NCBI RefSeq assembly: GCF_009914755.1
Contig: NC_060947.1
Direction: 5' to 3' (one strand)
Origin: the human T2T-CHM13v2.0 reference genome, Homo sapiens
Length of the DNA: 64,000 nucleotides
In this document: piece by piece, positions 26,905-40,200 of the stretch
Layout of the letters: each line of letters begins with the position of its first letter
How positions within the stretch are numbered: position 1 is the first letter of the stretch
Translations under genes and position numbers: made by a program
The notes under the pieces: model-generated
Seen by the model: the letters and a program-made list of their open reading frames with translations, nothing else
Database searches by the model: none
Told to the model about the DNA's origin: nothing

Positions 26905-28899
26905 TGATATGGTTTGGTTCTAAGTCCCAACCCAGACCCAAACCTCACTTGAATTGTAAAAATCCCCATGTGTCGTGGGAGGGACCCAGTGGGAGATAAT
27001 TGAATCATAGGGGTGGGTTTTTTTCCGTGCTGTTCTTGTGATAGTTAATAAGTTTCACAAGATCTGAGGGTTTTATAAAGGGCAATTCCCCTGCACAAGC
27101 TCTCTTTCCTGCCACCATGTAAGATGTGACTTTGCTCCCCATTCACCTTCAGCCATGATTGTGAGACCTCCCCAGCCATGTGGAACTGTGAGTCCATTAA
27201 ATGTCTTTCCTTTTTAAATTATGAGTCTCAGGTATGTCTTTAATAGCAGTGTGAGAACAGATTAATTTAGTAAATTGGTACCGATAGAGTGGGGTGCTGC
27301 TGAAAAGACACCTGAAAATGTGCAAGCAACTTTAGAACTGGGTAACAGGCAGAGGTTGGAACAGCTTGGAGGGCTCAGAAGAAAATAGGAAAATATGGGA
27401 AAGGTTGGAGCTTCCTAGATACTTGTTGAATGGCTTTGACCAAAATGCTGATAGTGATATGGACAATAAAGTCCAGACTGAGGTGGTCTTAGATGGAGAT
27501 GAGGAACTTGTTGGAAACTGGACTAAAGGTCACTCTTGCTATGCAAAGAGACTGGTGGCATTTTTGCCCCTGCCCTAGAGATCTGTGGAAATTTGAACTT
27601 GAGAGAGATGATTGGGGTATCTGGCAGAAGAAATTCCTAAGCAGCAAAGTGTTTAAGAGGAAACAGAGCATAAAAGTTTGGAAAATTTGCAGCCTGATTA
27701 TACAATAGAAAAGAAAAACCCATTTTCCGGGAAGAAATTCAAGTCTGCTGCAGAAATTTGCATAAGTAACAAGAAGCTGAATGTTAATCACCAAGACAAT
27801 GGGGAAAATGTCTTCAGGGCATGAAGAACTCACAGCAGCCCCTCCCATCACAGGCCCAGAGGCCTAGGAGGGAAAAATATTTTCTTGGGTCAGGTCCAGA
27901 ACCCCCCTGCTATGTGCAGCCTAGGGACTTGGTGCCCTGTGTCCCAGCAGCTCCAGCCATGGCTAAAAGGGGCCAAAGTACAGCTCAGGCCATGGCTTCA
28001 GAGAGTCCAAGCCCCAGGCCTTGGAAGCTTCCATGTGGTGTTGAGCACCATGTGGGTGCGCAGAAGTCAAGAATTGAGGTTTGGGAACCTCTGCCTAGCT
28101 TTCAGAGGATGTATGGAAGTGCCTGGAAGTCCAGACAGAAGTTTGCTGCAGGAGCACCTCTCCTAGGGCAGTGTGGAAGGGAAATGTGGGGTTGGAGCCC
28201 CCACACAGAGTCCCCACTGAGGCACTGTCTAGTGGAGCTATGAGAAGAGGGCCATCGTCCTCCAGACCCCAGAATGGTAGATCCACCAACAGCTTGCACC
28301 GTGCACCTGGAAAAGCCACAGACAATGCCGGCCTGTGAAAGCAGCTGGGAGGGAGGCTATACCCTGCAAAGCAACAGGGGTGGGGCTGCCCCAGGCCATG
28401 GGAGTCCACCTGTTACATCAGCATGACCTGGATGTGAGATATGGAATCAAAGGATATTATTTCAGAGCTTTAAGATTTTACTGCCCTGCTGGATTTCAGA
28501 CTTGCATGGGGCCTGTAGACCCTTTGTTTTGGCCAATTTCTCCCATTTGGAATGGGTATATTTACCAGAATGCCTGCACCCCCATTGTATCTAGAAAGTA
28601 ACGAATTTGCTTTTGATTTTACAGGCTCATAGGCAGAAGGGACCTGCCTTGTCTCAGATTAGACTTGGGATGGTGGACTTTTGAGTTGATGCTGAAATGA
28701 GTTAAGACTTTGGTGGACTGTTGGGAAGGCATGATTGCTTTTGAAATGTGAGGGCATAGATTTGGAGGGGCCAGGGACGGAATAATATGGTTTGGCTTTT
28801 GGCTTTGTGTCCCCACCCAAATCTCACCTTGAATTGTGTTCATCCCCATGAGTCATGGAAGGGACTCAGTGGGAGGTAATTGAATTATGGGGGTGGGTT
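26905..28899 (+). mobile_element. THE1C/D provirus: 5' LTR 26905-27269, THE1-int 27270-28782, truncated 3' LTR 28783-28899
   Basis: 'tgatatggtttgg' LTR start, 'gtaaattggtacc' internal start, THE1-int text ('gaactgggtaacaggcagaggttggaacag', 'ctccagaccccagaatggtagatccacc'), purine-rich PPT then second LTR start. Confidence 0.95.
26997..27007 (+). promoter_or_regulatory. DUX4-type motif TAATTGAATCA in THE1 5' LTR
   Basis: Exact 11-mer upstream of TATA-like TTTATAAA (about 27072); MaLR LTRs are known DUX4 targets; activity not shown. Confidence 0.55.
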
Positions 28900-30639
28900 G
28901 TAATTGTCTTAAATCATATTTTTTCAGTCTCTATGTTGTTATTTTTACAAAATTTGTTTCGAGAAAAGTGATTTGACATTGGAAAAAAATTCTTTTTATC
29001 TGACCTTGTATCACCTGTTTCTAGTGTTTCCTTCATATGCTGGCAGAGAAAAGATCAGCAGTAAAAACAACAGATGTTAGGATCCATTTACTTGATAATG
29101 ATTTCTCAGTAATTCTGTGGGCTTGATTGGGGCTATTAGTCAAGAGCTTCCAGATAGTTTTAGATTTAAAAAATTAAAGGTCTAGTTCATTCAATGCCAA
29201 TTTTACATTTTTAATTTACATCTATGAAGGAATAGTAGGTTCTTTTGTCTTTTTAAAATTACAAGCTGGATATCACCTAGGTAGCACATCAGACACAGGA
29301 TTCCTACCATTCCAATAATGGGCTGTCACTCTAACCTTTGAGTTTGAAAGGGCAAAAACAAGTTCTGGTATATTCCTTTTTAAGCCATTCTTCTTTTATC
29401 CTTCACATTTGGCTTGCTTGAGAAAGATCGTATTCCTTAGATTTTTTGCTTGAAATATCAAGGAATACAATAACTAGGCATTGAAAGAAACATCCATAAC
29501 AATTCAAATATATGATTGCACCACAGAATCTAGCTTTACTAGTGTTTTAAAAATACACACAAAATTTTTTTCTTAAAGAAAAAATTCTGTATTTTCCTGA
29601 AATATTTTAAAAAATATATTAAAATGAAACACAACCAAACAAGAGGTTCATTTGTTCTGTGCTCCAAGAACTACCCAATACTAACTGTCATCCTTGTCAC
29701 AACTGAATTTGTAATTAATTTGAGGTAACAAAGGAGTGCAGAAAGTCTGATAAAAGTATAGTAAATAATTTGCAAGTGAAAAATCAATACTTGAAAGAAA
29801 AAAGTCTTTATGCTTATGCCATTAAAAGAAACACTGTAAACACAGTCAGATTCAGTTACAAAAATATCCATTAATAAAATGACCAGCTATAAAAATGAAT
29901 ATATTTAATTTTAAAAGAACAATGGATAAAATATCTTTCAAATTAAGAAAGTGGCATAGTTAATATAATGTATTTATAGAATTGTGCAATAAAATATGTT
30001 GAACAATTCCATTGGTACCAAGAAATTTGGGACAGAGATTTCATAAAATGTGTATAGATTTAAGATTTTGTAACAAACAGTTAAATGCATATTTTATTCA
30101 ATAGGTAATAAAACAATATGTCAACTGATTTACAATAAAGTTTTAATTTTTTTCAATCATTTATGCACCAAATAACGATATGGGGTATTAGGAGAAGAGA
30201 TCATTGTATTCAAATTGAGTTTTGCAAAGCAAAATTAAACTCTAAAATCAGTTGATAATTGCTTTGTCTGGATTTTGTGGACTTATTTGAGTAATGATTT
30301 CCCCACGTTTTTCTGATATTCCCCCTTTCTAACATTACTTCATTGTATAGTTTTTAAAATAAACTACAATGTTTGATAGTTTTTCTTTAAACAAAGGCAG
30401 TATGTTGTTTGATATTTTCTTAATGATTAAAAACAAATTAGCTAACCAGGCATATGGATTTTTATTAACTAGTATAGAAAGATTAACAAAATAAAGATTC
30501 CCCTGCCCTGTTTCCCATTGCTGATGCCTTTGTAAATCAAACATTTAAAATTTATATTGATTATTTTAGTTTTCCTTTTTATTTCCGTTTCTCTACATAA
30601 TGTAACTACACTACTATTTCATTTTTTCTTTTTTTAAAG

Positions 30640-31335
30640 ACTCTAAAGGAAATATCAATAGCATACATATTAAATGAGATCATACACAAGATAAAATTGC
30701 AAAGAACAACACAGTGAAAAGTAATGTCAGTGAAAAGGAAATGCCTTATCCTTTAGTAGAGTGTTAAATCCACGGTTCCACTTCCTGCTGGCAAGTATTT
30801 TTACCAAGGTTTTGGGTAATCATCCAAACAGATTTTTGTCACTCATCCACAGATATGCATGTGCACACATACATACACACACATACACACAGTGTGCAAA
30901 TGAAAGCATTTTCTTTCCCCTTTTACACTTGCATATTTACCTTAACAATAAATATATCTGTTTCTTATTAAAGGTTGCAGAATATTGTTTGAGCCATAAT
31001 GGATTTAATTAGTTCCCCTTTAGTGAATATTCCTATTTTTCTTGCTTTTCTTTTACAAATTATGCTGCAACAAACAGCACTGTACACCTTCCTTTCTACA
31101 GGTGAGAATTGTTGACTGGTATAAATAAAATGGAAGATTTGCTGCATCACATAAATGTGCATTTCAATTTAATAGATATGGCAAGTGACCATCAAAGTGA
31201 AATTAGTTTTACTTCCCACCATTTATGTATAAAAATACATATTTCCCCACAGAATGCTCTCAAACTTTTTGAGTTCAACAACCCAAATGATGAAATAGTG
31301 GATGTAATTGTTACTTTAATGGGCATATGGTATGT
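30640..31335 (-). mobile_element. Old L1ME-type 3' fragment
   Basis: 'ggttgcagaatattg', 'agttttacttcccacca...tttccccacagaatgctct', 'taattgttactttaat'; highly diverged. Confidence 0.55.
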
Positions 31336-31338
31336 AAT

Positions 31339-31811
31339 TGAAACTGACCTAATTGTCCCATAGAACTGATGTTTATGGTTGCTTTTGAGTAAACATAGAA
31401 ATTGACCCTCCCGGTCTTAAAACTTGAGAAAATTTGTCTTATCAGAATTTCTTTCTCAGAAAAATAAATATCAGGCCTCCCAGATTGTATCAAGGGACTG
31501 AAACTTACCAGATCATTGCATCTGGACAATGAGACATCAGACACCTCACCCATCATGAATGCCTAAGTGACCACCTGCTTCCTGTTGACCAGTTTCTCTT
31601 CTGTAGTCCTCCCTGATTCCTGTTTTCCTGCATGTAGTTACATGTTTTCCCTGCTATATAAACCCGTGATTTTAGTTGGTCATGGAGGTGGATTTAAGAT
31701 TGATCTCTTTTTCTCCTCAGCTGCAGCACCCAGTTAAAGTCTTCTTCCCTAGCAATACTCACATCTCAGTGATTGGCTTTCTTTACGATGAGCAACAGGA
31801 TCTAGATCAAC
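31339..31811 (+). mobile_element. ERV1 MER4-group LTR (exact family not assigned), 3' end truncated
   Basis: TGAAAC start, 'gtcccatagaactgatg...aacatagaaattgaccctccc', TATA 'tatataaa' at about 31655, 'ctcagtgattggcttt'. Confidence 0.8.
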
Positions 31812-33596
31812 TAAGCAAGCACAACTTGTCCATCTGACAGAAACCCAATCCTGGCAAAAATGTAAAAGTGGAGCCAGGACAAGAGCTAGATCTTATATAT
31901 CAACCACTGAATTTTGTATTTCTGTGTTTGTTTCTGACTCATGGCTAACATTTTATAATTGAAGCTACAAGCTCTCTATTTGTGTCTGTATGTGTGTTTA
32001 TGTACTATGTATATATATGTAATAGTTTCCTGCCTCCACACAGTATTACCAAATTAGATTATAAAAATCCCTTCAAATACTGCTGTTTTGATTGGTTTAG
32101 AGCTTACTCCAGTAAAACTTCATTTCAACAATAATTATGCTCTTAGTGTATCAGCTTGAAGATAGTCTTAAAGATCTTTTGGTACTTTAAAACCTTATGC
32201 TTATGCTAAAATTAAGTATTCAAGGAATGAAGGATGTCTTGTTACAGAATAAGTAATTTTATTGTAAATAAAATCACTGGTTTTTACAGAATGAAACAGG
32301 AAAATCTGAATGGAAAAGAAAAATGGAATAGAACAAAGTGGAAGGGAAAAGTAGCACAATGTTCGTGGAAAATGAATTGTATTTGTTGTGGTCAAAGATA
32401 ACTATGATTATATGGGTTTATTTTTAAGATTAAAAAAAGACTTAGTGTCAAATATGATATGGTCCAAAATTAGAATTTGGTTTACTCTCTGTTAAAATAA
32501 CAGAATTTACTTGGACTATTAGTCTGTTCTTAATGAGAGGTTATGAAAAAAATAGATTTCTTCTTTACCTTCAGAATAATCTGTCTAGAAATTAAAGATC
32601 TTTTATTATCAGAATTATTTCCCCTGCTTTATGTTGACTTTACTATGCCCTTGATTATTTAGGAGAACAAAGTCTTGTCAATTTTAAAAGCTAATAAGGT
32701 TTTATAAAGTCATATTACCTCCTATATTTACTTCTGAAATTTTGTATAGTCATTTGATTAAATAAGAAGCCAAATATTGTTTTTCAGCAACCCATGATTT
32801 TATTTGATCAACTGTTGAAATCTCCTGACAACTTTTGATATTTTGTCTTCCAGAAATCAAATCCTAAATAATATCTTCCTGATCTCAAGCTTTGAGATTT
32901 CCTGGGGGATTCCTGGAAAATTACAAAGGCTCTTTCATCTTGTTAAAAGAGAGGGGCTAGAATAATATATCAAATTATTGAAATGTTATGAGTTACATAG
33001 GAAGTATTGTCAAATCAGAAGAAATGCCTGACCTTTCCTAGTTTAAATTTGTATGAATAAAATGTTACTAATATAAATATTTGACAAATTGTATGAAGTT
33101 ATTTGAGATTTGTCAATGTTCATGCTGTCTATGATATATCGTGCTATAGTTTTGCCTGATATAAGACAACAGTGTAGTGTTATTGGTCAACTTCACTTTT
33201 TTTTTATGTTGTATGCCACAGAAGCAACCAAATTTCCATGTCAATTGGAATATTTTTGTTGAACTCATTATATCATTAACCATGGCTATTTTCTCTTTGC
33301 CATTCACAGGTAGTTTTGTTTCACTCTAATGCTTCCCTTAACGTGCTTAGCCAGAGTACTTTGGTTATAAACCGGAGTACTTTGTCTTCAACAAGAAGGG
33401 ACTGTCTCAGAGACCCAGGAAAAGGTCTATGCCAGGCAGTATGGGGCACAGACTTCTGAGGAATTGTTAAGATAATATTGACAACATACCATGGACTGAG
33501 TCAAGCTATCCAGTAATCTAGTGAAGAAGCTGATGAGTTCATGAGACTGCCGGTTCAAACTCAGCATGATTTTATCGTCTTTCAAGAAGGAGAGAA
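31812..33596 (+). mobile_element. ERV1 MER4-group non-coding internal sequence ending in a polypurine tract
   Basis: AT-rich MER4-int-like text ('ttatttgatcaactgttgaaatctcctgacaac', 'tgccacagaagcaaccaaatttcc', 'catggactgagtc'); AAGAAGGAGAGAA followed by TG at 33597. Confidence 0.65.
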
Positions 33597-33707
33597 TGTA
33601 AATAAATTAGCTAACTTTGGAATCTTGCATTCTCATTTGTTTAGTAGTTATTTAAATTCATTAAATTGCTTCATATAAGTAACCATTATTCTTGACGGTA
33701 AAATTAA

Positions 33708-33793
33708 GTTTTTCTGTGCCTGGCTTATTTCACTTAGCATAATGTCTTCCTTGGTCATCCATGTTATTACAAATGGTAAGATGTTTTTCTTTT
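33708..33793 (-). mobile_element. L1MA-type 3' fragment (continues at 35301)
   Basis: 'tctgtgcctggcttatttcacttagcataatgtc...catccatgtt'. Confidence 0.8.
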
Positions 33794-33794
33794 G

Positions 33795-35300
33795 CGAGAC
33801 TGATCTTATTTTCTCAAGATGACTGACTGGAAACATCAGATGCCAGTTCTCAGAAAGATCAAAGTTACAACTGAATGGTCATGATGTGAACAGAAAGCTA
33901 AAGGAAGAGAGCCGGGACTGTTGCAGAGCCCACAGGAAAAAGCTGGGACACAGAAAAGGAAGGTAGCAAGAGTCTGGCAGAGATTGACCTCCGAGGAGTT
34001 TGAAGTCCCACAGAGGGAGTAAGTGTGCTGTTTCTTTGCTCCACTCATTCCTGTGACAAACTGCTGACTGACAAATTATTGGGGAGCACCTCTGCCCTCA
34101 TTAACCCCTGCAATGCTGTCAGTGGCAATTTGGGAACTTCCTGGGAATAGAGCCCCAGGTGGCCTTCTTATACAGATGTGCTTGCATTCCTCTCAGGTCC
34201 AAACTGAGATGGCAGAAACCATACTGGTTGTGCCCCTATTGTGGGCCACTGTCCTGCTCAGGGAACCTCATCCCTTGTGTCACTGCATCGCCAGATTCCC
34301 TGCAAATGTACCCAAGAACCTGCTCTGACTTGGCAACCACGGGGACTGGTGGAACCATGAGGAATTGCAGAATCCCTGGAGATGTAACCTTCCACACAGG
34401 CCACCCTTAAGGGAGTGGGGAGCATAGCCCACAAAAGCACCCCTTGTGACAAAGGAAACATGGGTCCAGTGCGGATCTCTGAAGGAGGCAGCACCAATGA
34501 CCAGGAATAGATGTGTGTGTGTGGAGGGGGGTGGGTGGGGGGGTGTCATCTCCCATTCCCCTTGTCCACTGTTCCAGATGCAGCAGAGGCTTTCTCCACT
34601 GCAGACTGTCACGAATGCACTTGAAGACAGCCTTTCCAGTGCTATTCACAGAAACTGCACCCCCGTTGAAAGTGAGCTTGTACCCCACTGGCATGCATGA
34701 TGGGCAGGGCCCAATCTCCCCCTCCGTACATAGAGGAGCAGCATCGCAGCAACAGAAGGCAGACAAGCCATGAAGCCTGGTCTGGACTGGAAGAAGAAGC
34801 ATTGTCCTGGGGTCATTTCAGTCCTGGGGTCATTTCAAAATATTCTTCTGCCAGAATATTTTCTCTGACCTCAGTAACACTGTGGCCAGAGTCAAAGGAC
34901 ACTGTCTATATGAACTGAAGGTCATGAGCTCTGTGACAGGGGCACAACAGGGAAGCAAATCACATTCCTCCCTGCCCAGGACTAGAGACAGATGTAACCC
35001 CCCAACTTCTTCCCCCAAGACCTCAGTACATCCCAACACAACTCTCCCTGCCTGCCCCCATCAGGATGGGTTGCCTCCACTTATCAAAGGGCTACCAAAT
35101 GTTACTCTTAAGCGCCACCTACTGGAATGGAGACTGCTGCATCACTGAATAAAAATCCCTGCTGTCCGAAGAGCACAGGGTTAGTGCATGAGATAAGCTT
35201 CCTGAGACCGCTGCATTCCCAGTCACGCAGGGCATAGTGTATTGGCTCATATGCCCAACACATTGCTAAGGCAAGCAGCATTTGAGAAAACCACCACACA
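33795..35300 (+). mobile_element. Isolated L1 5'UTR-type segment (L1PB/L1MA age)
   Basis: Starts 'caagatgactgactggaaacatcag', GC-rich, ends 'gcaagcagcatttgagaaaaccaccacac'; no ORF1 follows. Confidence 0.7.
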
Positions 35301-36236
35301 TGATTCCATATCTTTGTTACTGTGAATGTGCTGCAATGAACATGGGAATGCAGATAACGCATCAAAACACTGGTTTCACTTCTTTTGGATATATACCCAG
35401 CAATGAGGTTGCTGGATCATATTTTTAATTTTCTGGGGAACCTCCATGCTGTTTTTTTATAACGACTGTACCCATTTACATTCCCACCAATAGTGAACAA
35501 GTGTTTTCTTTTCTCCACGTCTCCACCAACACTTATTATCTTTTGCTTTTTTGATAAAATACACTCTAATACGTATGAGGTGATATCTCATTGCGGTTTT
35601 AATTTACATTTCCCTGATGGTTAGTGATGTTGAGAATTTTTTCATATCTGCATTGGCCATTTGTATGTCTTCTTTTAAGAAATATCTAAGTCTTTTGTCC
35701 ATTTTTAATTCTGTTATTTATTTTCTTGCTATTGATTTGTTTAAGTTCCTTATAGATTTTGGATATTAACCCCTACCAGATGTAGCAAACTGAATTCAAT
35801 GGCACATTAAAAGGATGGTTCACTATGATCAGGTGGGATTCAAGAATGGATCACCATATGCAAATCAATAAATGTGATACACCCCATTAACAGAATGAAG
35901 AACAAAAACCATATGATCATCTCAATAGATGTAGAAATGCATTTGACAAAATTCAACATTTTTTATGATAAAAACTCTCAACAAATTAGTTATAGAAGCA
36001 ATGTACCTCAACACCATAAAGGTCGTGTATCACAAGCCCACATAACATAATATGCAATGGTGAAAAGTTAAAGCTTTTCCTCTAAGATCAGGCACAGTAT
36101 AAGCATGCCCAATCTTGCCGTTTCTATTCAACATAATAATGGAAATCCTAGCCAAAGTGATTAGGAAAGAGAAACAATAAAAAACATCCAACTCACAGAT
36201 AAGGGAGTTAAATTGTTTCTGTTTACAGACAAAATG

Positions 36237-36277
<41 letters not shown>

Positions 36278-37276
36278 GTTGGAAATAATAAATGAATTCA
36301 ATAAAGTTTTGAGATACAAAAGTAATGTACAAATATCAGTAGTGTTTATATGCAATAACAACAAACTCTCCAAAAAACAAATCAAGAAAATTATCCCATT
36401 TAAAATAGCTACAAAAATATAAAATACTTAGCCATAAATTTAACCAAGAAGGTAAAAGATGTGTATATTGAAAACCATAAAACATTGATGAAAGGAATTG
36501 AAGAAGATACAAATAAATGGAAGGATATTTTGTGTTCCTGGAGTGGAGTAATTAATATTGTTAAAATGTCCATACTACCCAAAGTGATCTACAGATTCAA
36601 TGCAATGCAATCCCTATAAAAATTCCAATTACATTTTTCCCAGAAGTGGAAAAAATCCTAAAATTTGTACGAAACCACAAACGACCCTGAATAGCCAAAG
36701 CAATATTGAACAAAAGTGACTAAGCTGGAGGCATTGCACTTGCTGTTCTCAAAATGTACTACAAAGGTATAGTAATCAAAACAGCAGAGACTGGCGTCAA
36801 AACAGACTTATACATCAAAGAAACAGAGTAAAGAGCCCAGAAATAAATCCATGAGTTGACAGTTACCTGATCTTTTTACAAAAGGGCCGAGAACACACAA
36901 TGGAAAAAAGAGAGTCTCTTCAATTAAATGGTGTTGGTTAAGTGGATATCCACAAGCAGAAGAATGAAATTAGATCTTTATCTCACCCCATATACAAAAA
37001 TCAACTCAAAATGGATTAAAAACTTAAATATAAGACCAGAAATTATAAGCCTACTAAAAGAAAACATAGGTAAAACTTCTTGACATTGGTCTTGGCAAAT
37101 ATTTTTTGAATATGACACCAAAAGCACCAGCAAAAAATAAAAAATTTAAAAATTTAAAAAAATAGACAAATGGGATTGCGTCAAACTAAAAAGCTAAAAA
37201 GCTTCTGTACAACAGTGGAAACAATCACCAGTGAAAAGACCACCTACAGAATGAGATAAAATATTTGCAAACCATA
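35301..37276. mobile_element. L1MA/L1PB ORF2 with inversion: minus strand 35301-35784, plus strand 35783-37276
   Basis: Plus part carries RT-region text ('ctgtttacagacaaaatgat', 'aaaatgtccatactacccaaag') and ends 'atttgcaaaccata'; minus part begins (reverse complement) 'tacatctggtaggggttaatatcc', its direct continuation in L1. Confidence 0.9.
36239..36274. repeat. (TA)18
   Basis: Read directly. Confidence 0.95.
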
Positions 37277-40200
37277 GAGTAGGTGTTTTAAAATGTATAA
37301 GATAATAAAATGAATTATATGCCCATATATAGGCAAACTTAGGAAAAATTGAAAATATTTTAGAAAATAAACATTTATTGATTTAATTGTGGCTCAAAAG
37401 AAAAAACAGAAAATTTGATCAGCTATAAAAGTTGTATACATTTTACCATCATTCCAAAATATACTTACCAGCCTTAGCACACCATGACATACTTCTGTCC
37501 CGGAAAATTATACAGGCTTGTTTTAAGAATAACAAAGGATTATGTGGTGTGCAATCTCAATAAGTCAAACATTTTGGTATATGTAAGATCATATATTAAT
37601 TCCCATACTTACAGCTTCAGCTCTTTAATATTGGTGTATCATGTCATAGACTGAGTCAAATTTTTTTCATCAACTGCAAAAGAAAACTTCGATATTTTAA
37701 GTGAGTTTATCACAATGGGTTTATTATGTTTACATATTTGTTTTATCTGCTTTATTTGGGATTTATTTTCTCACATTATTTTTATGCTTCCTTGTAATGC
37801 ATCTATGGTATGAAACTTAGACAACATACAATGTAAATTTATATCCTAGCTCATTTCACTTTTTGTTTTAATCTGCAGAAATTTCAGAACAAAATTTACA
37901 GTTGAATTTTAGTATCACAAGGGCATTATCACATGCATTTTTTCTAGAGTAATTTTATATATTCTATTTTCATAGTATTCCCCACATATATAACTCCTTC
38001 CCATGTTCCATTTATATATTTATAATAATACATACTTATTTGTTTTTATTTTTTGTGTATCATCTTGTTGTACATAACCATATACAGCATTTGGAATAAA
38101 AGGTGAAGTAAATGTAAAAAGAAACCCAAAATCCAAAAACCCAGATTCAGTAGCAATTTAGCAAGAAATATATTTTTAAATAAGCCCTTATATAGAGAGA
38201 ACACTTTCAACTGAAAGTTCTAGCCTACTAAGCCTGTATCACCTGAATTTTTTAATAACAAACTATTCAAAATCATATATTTTTTTTTACTTTTACTTAA
38301 GACTTTTATAATCCATTGCTCAACAGTTAGTATAAAATGATGAATGCTTATTTTCTGTAATTTTTGTATAAATTTAAAAATGTAAGTATTCTAAATCTGT
38401 TTAGACATGATTTATCTTGATGCATTTCCACAATGTGCATTTTTATATGAGCTATTTTCAAAACTAAAGATAAATTTTTATCCTCTTATGATATTATGGC
38501 TTATTCTTTGGCTGTAAATTTACCTGTTTTTACACTATTAAATTTGAGTATATGCAGTTCAATGAAATCATCTCAGTTGCTTGGTATTTCTTTAATAGAA
38601 AATTGCACATACAAATTACTTACTGCATACAGCAAGTAGGCTGACACAAGTAAATTTAAATTTTTGCTGTTCATTCCTTTGATTTATGTAATATTGTTCT
38701 TTTCCTCCATCAAATTATTTCAATGATGTCTTTGGCAGAGTGTTTTACTAAATATCGTGTGATTCATAGTGTTGGAAAAGATGCTCCAAGCGTGACTATA
38801 CTCTGATGCATTTACTGATTAAGGATGTTTGACAAACTGTGTCTCGGCTGTGGTGCAACCCACAGGCTTTTCTGTTGTGAGAAGCAAATGACATCTCTAA
38901 CAGTAAAAAAGGCAACATGGTGCCTATGTTTCCCCAACAGTATAGCTTTTATCACTAACACTCAGAGGTCACAGAAAATGACACCCCAATTCAGCAAATA
39001 GAAACTCTCAGCTTTCCCAGGGCAGAATCTACAGCAAATAGGCCAATATATGAAGTACAATGGAGTAACATAAAAACTGCTATTGGGCTCTGGTAAATTA
39101 CATGTTATCTCCGGCTCTTAATTGTAGGCTTGGTGCCTTTTGTTTTAATTTCAGAGATGTGCAGAAGTAGAACCCTTTATTAAACTCATCCAGTATCAAT
39201 CTATGAACATCCCAATTACACGTTGTTTGTTGGTAGGAAGTCAGGTTGAACTAAGTAAGGAACATTCACCAGTAATGTGTCAGTGGATATAAAAAAAGAT
39301 GCATGACAAAAGCATGATTCCTCTGTGCTGCATGGGTTTTTTTCCTTATTGTATTTCTTTACTAAACAAGCAACTTCCTTAATTATGTTTTAAATATGAG
39401 TAAACTTTTGATATTTGTTTAGACTCTAAGCCAACTATTTTGCAATGAAAAACCGCCTTCCACTGTGTAATTATTAAGATATAAGAAATAATTCTAGTTT
39501 GCTTATTTTAGTGCCTTAAAATATTCAGAATTATTTTGAAGCATTTTAATTTCTACTGGGCATTGAGGGTCTAACTCACTGAGAAAAATGGGTAATTTCA
39601 ACTTCTTTTTCCAAAATATGTAAAAATATTTTGGAGAGTCAAAAAAAAGTACACGTTTTTCCACCCATATGTTGTCTTTATCATCTGCTGAAACATTAGC
39701 CTTTTTAATGTGAAAACCTTTTGTAGTGTAAAATGTAAACCTCATTAGCTATGGAATTGTTTTGCCCAGTAAAAGAAAAAAACAACTAATTTTAATGTGT
39801 TTATAGATTCAAAGCATCAGTGAAAATGCTTGCCAGAGAAGTAAAATTAATTCAGTATAACTCACTAAATAGATTAACTCAACAGTCTTTCCAAATGGTT
39901 TTTATAAATTTTATACAAAGATTAAATTTGTCAAAAAAATTATCCAAAGAATAGAGTCTATAAAAATATGTAGCTCATCAAGTTGATATACTAATACCGT
40001 AATACCATAAGCTCTATCTGTCATGTTTATTGTAAATGCTTGCTGTTGTTATTGCACATTTATTGAGTGCTTTGTACTTTACATATGTTTGGAGGACTAT
40101 TTGTAAGCCTGATTAGTTTATTTTTTATATTTCTCAATTATTAGAAAAATGTCCATATTTCTTTTATATTACTAAAAATGATAAGAATGCTTTCCCTATA

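Noticed and set aside
27366-28601. ORFs up to 140 aa in THE1-int
   Set aside because: Frameshifted fragments of the MaLR internal region, not a host gene
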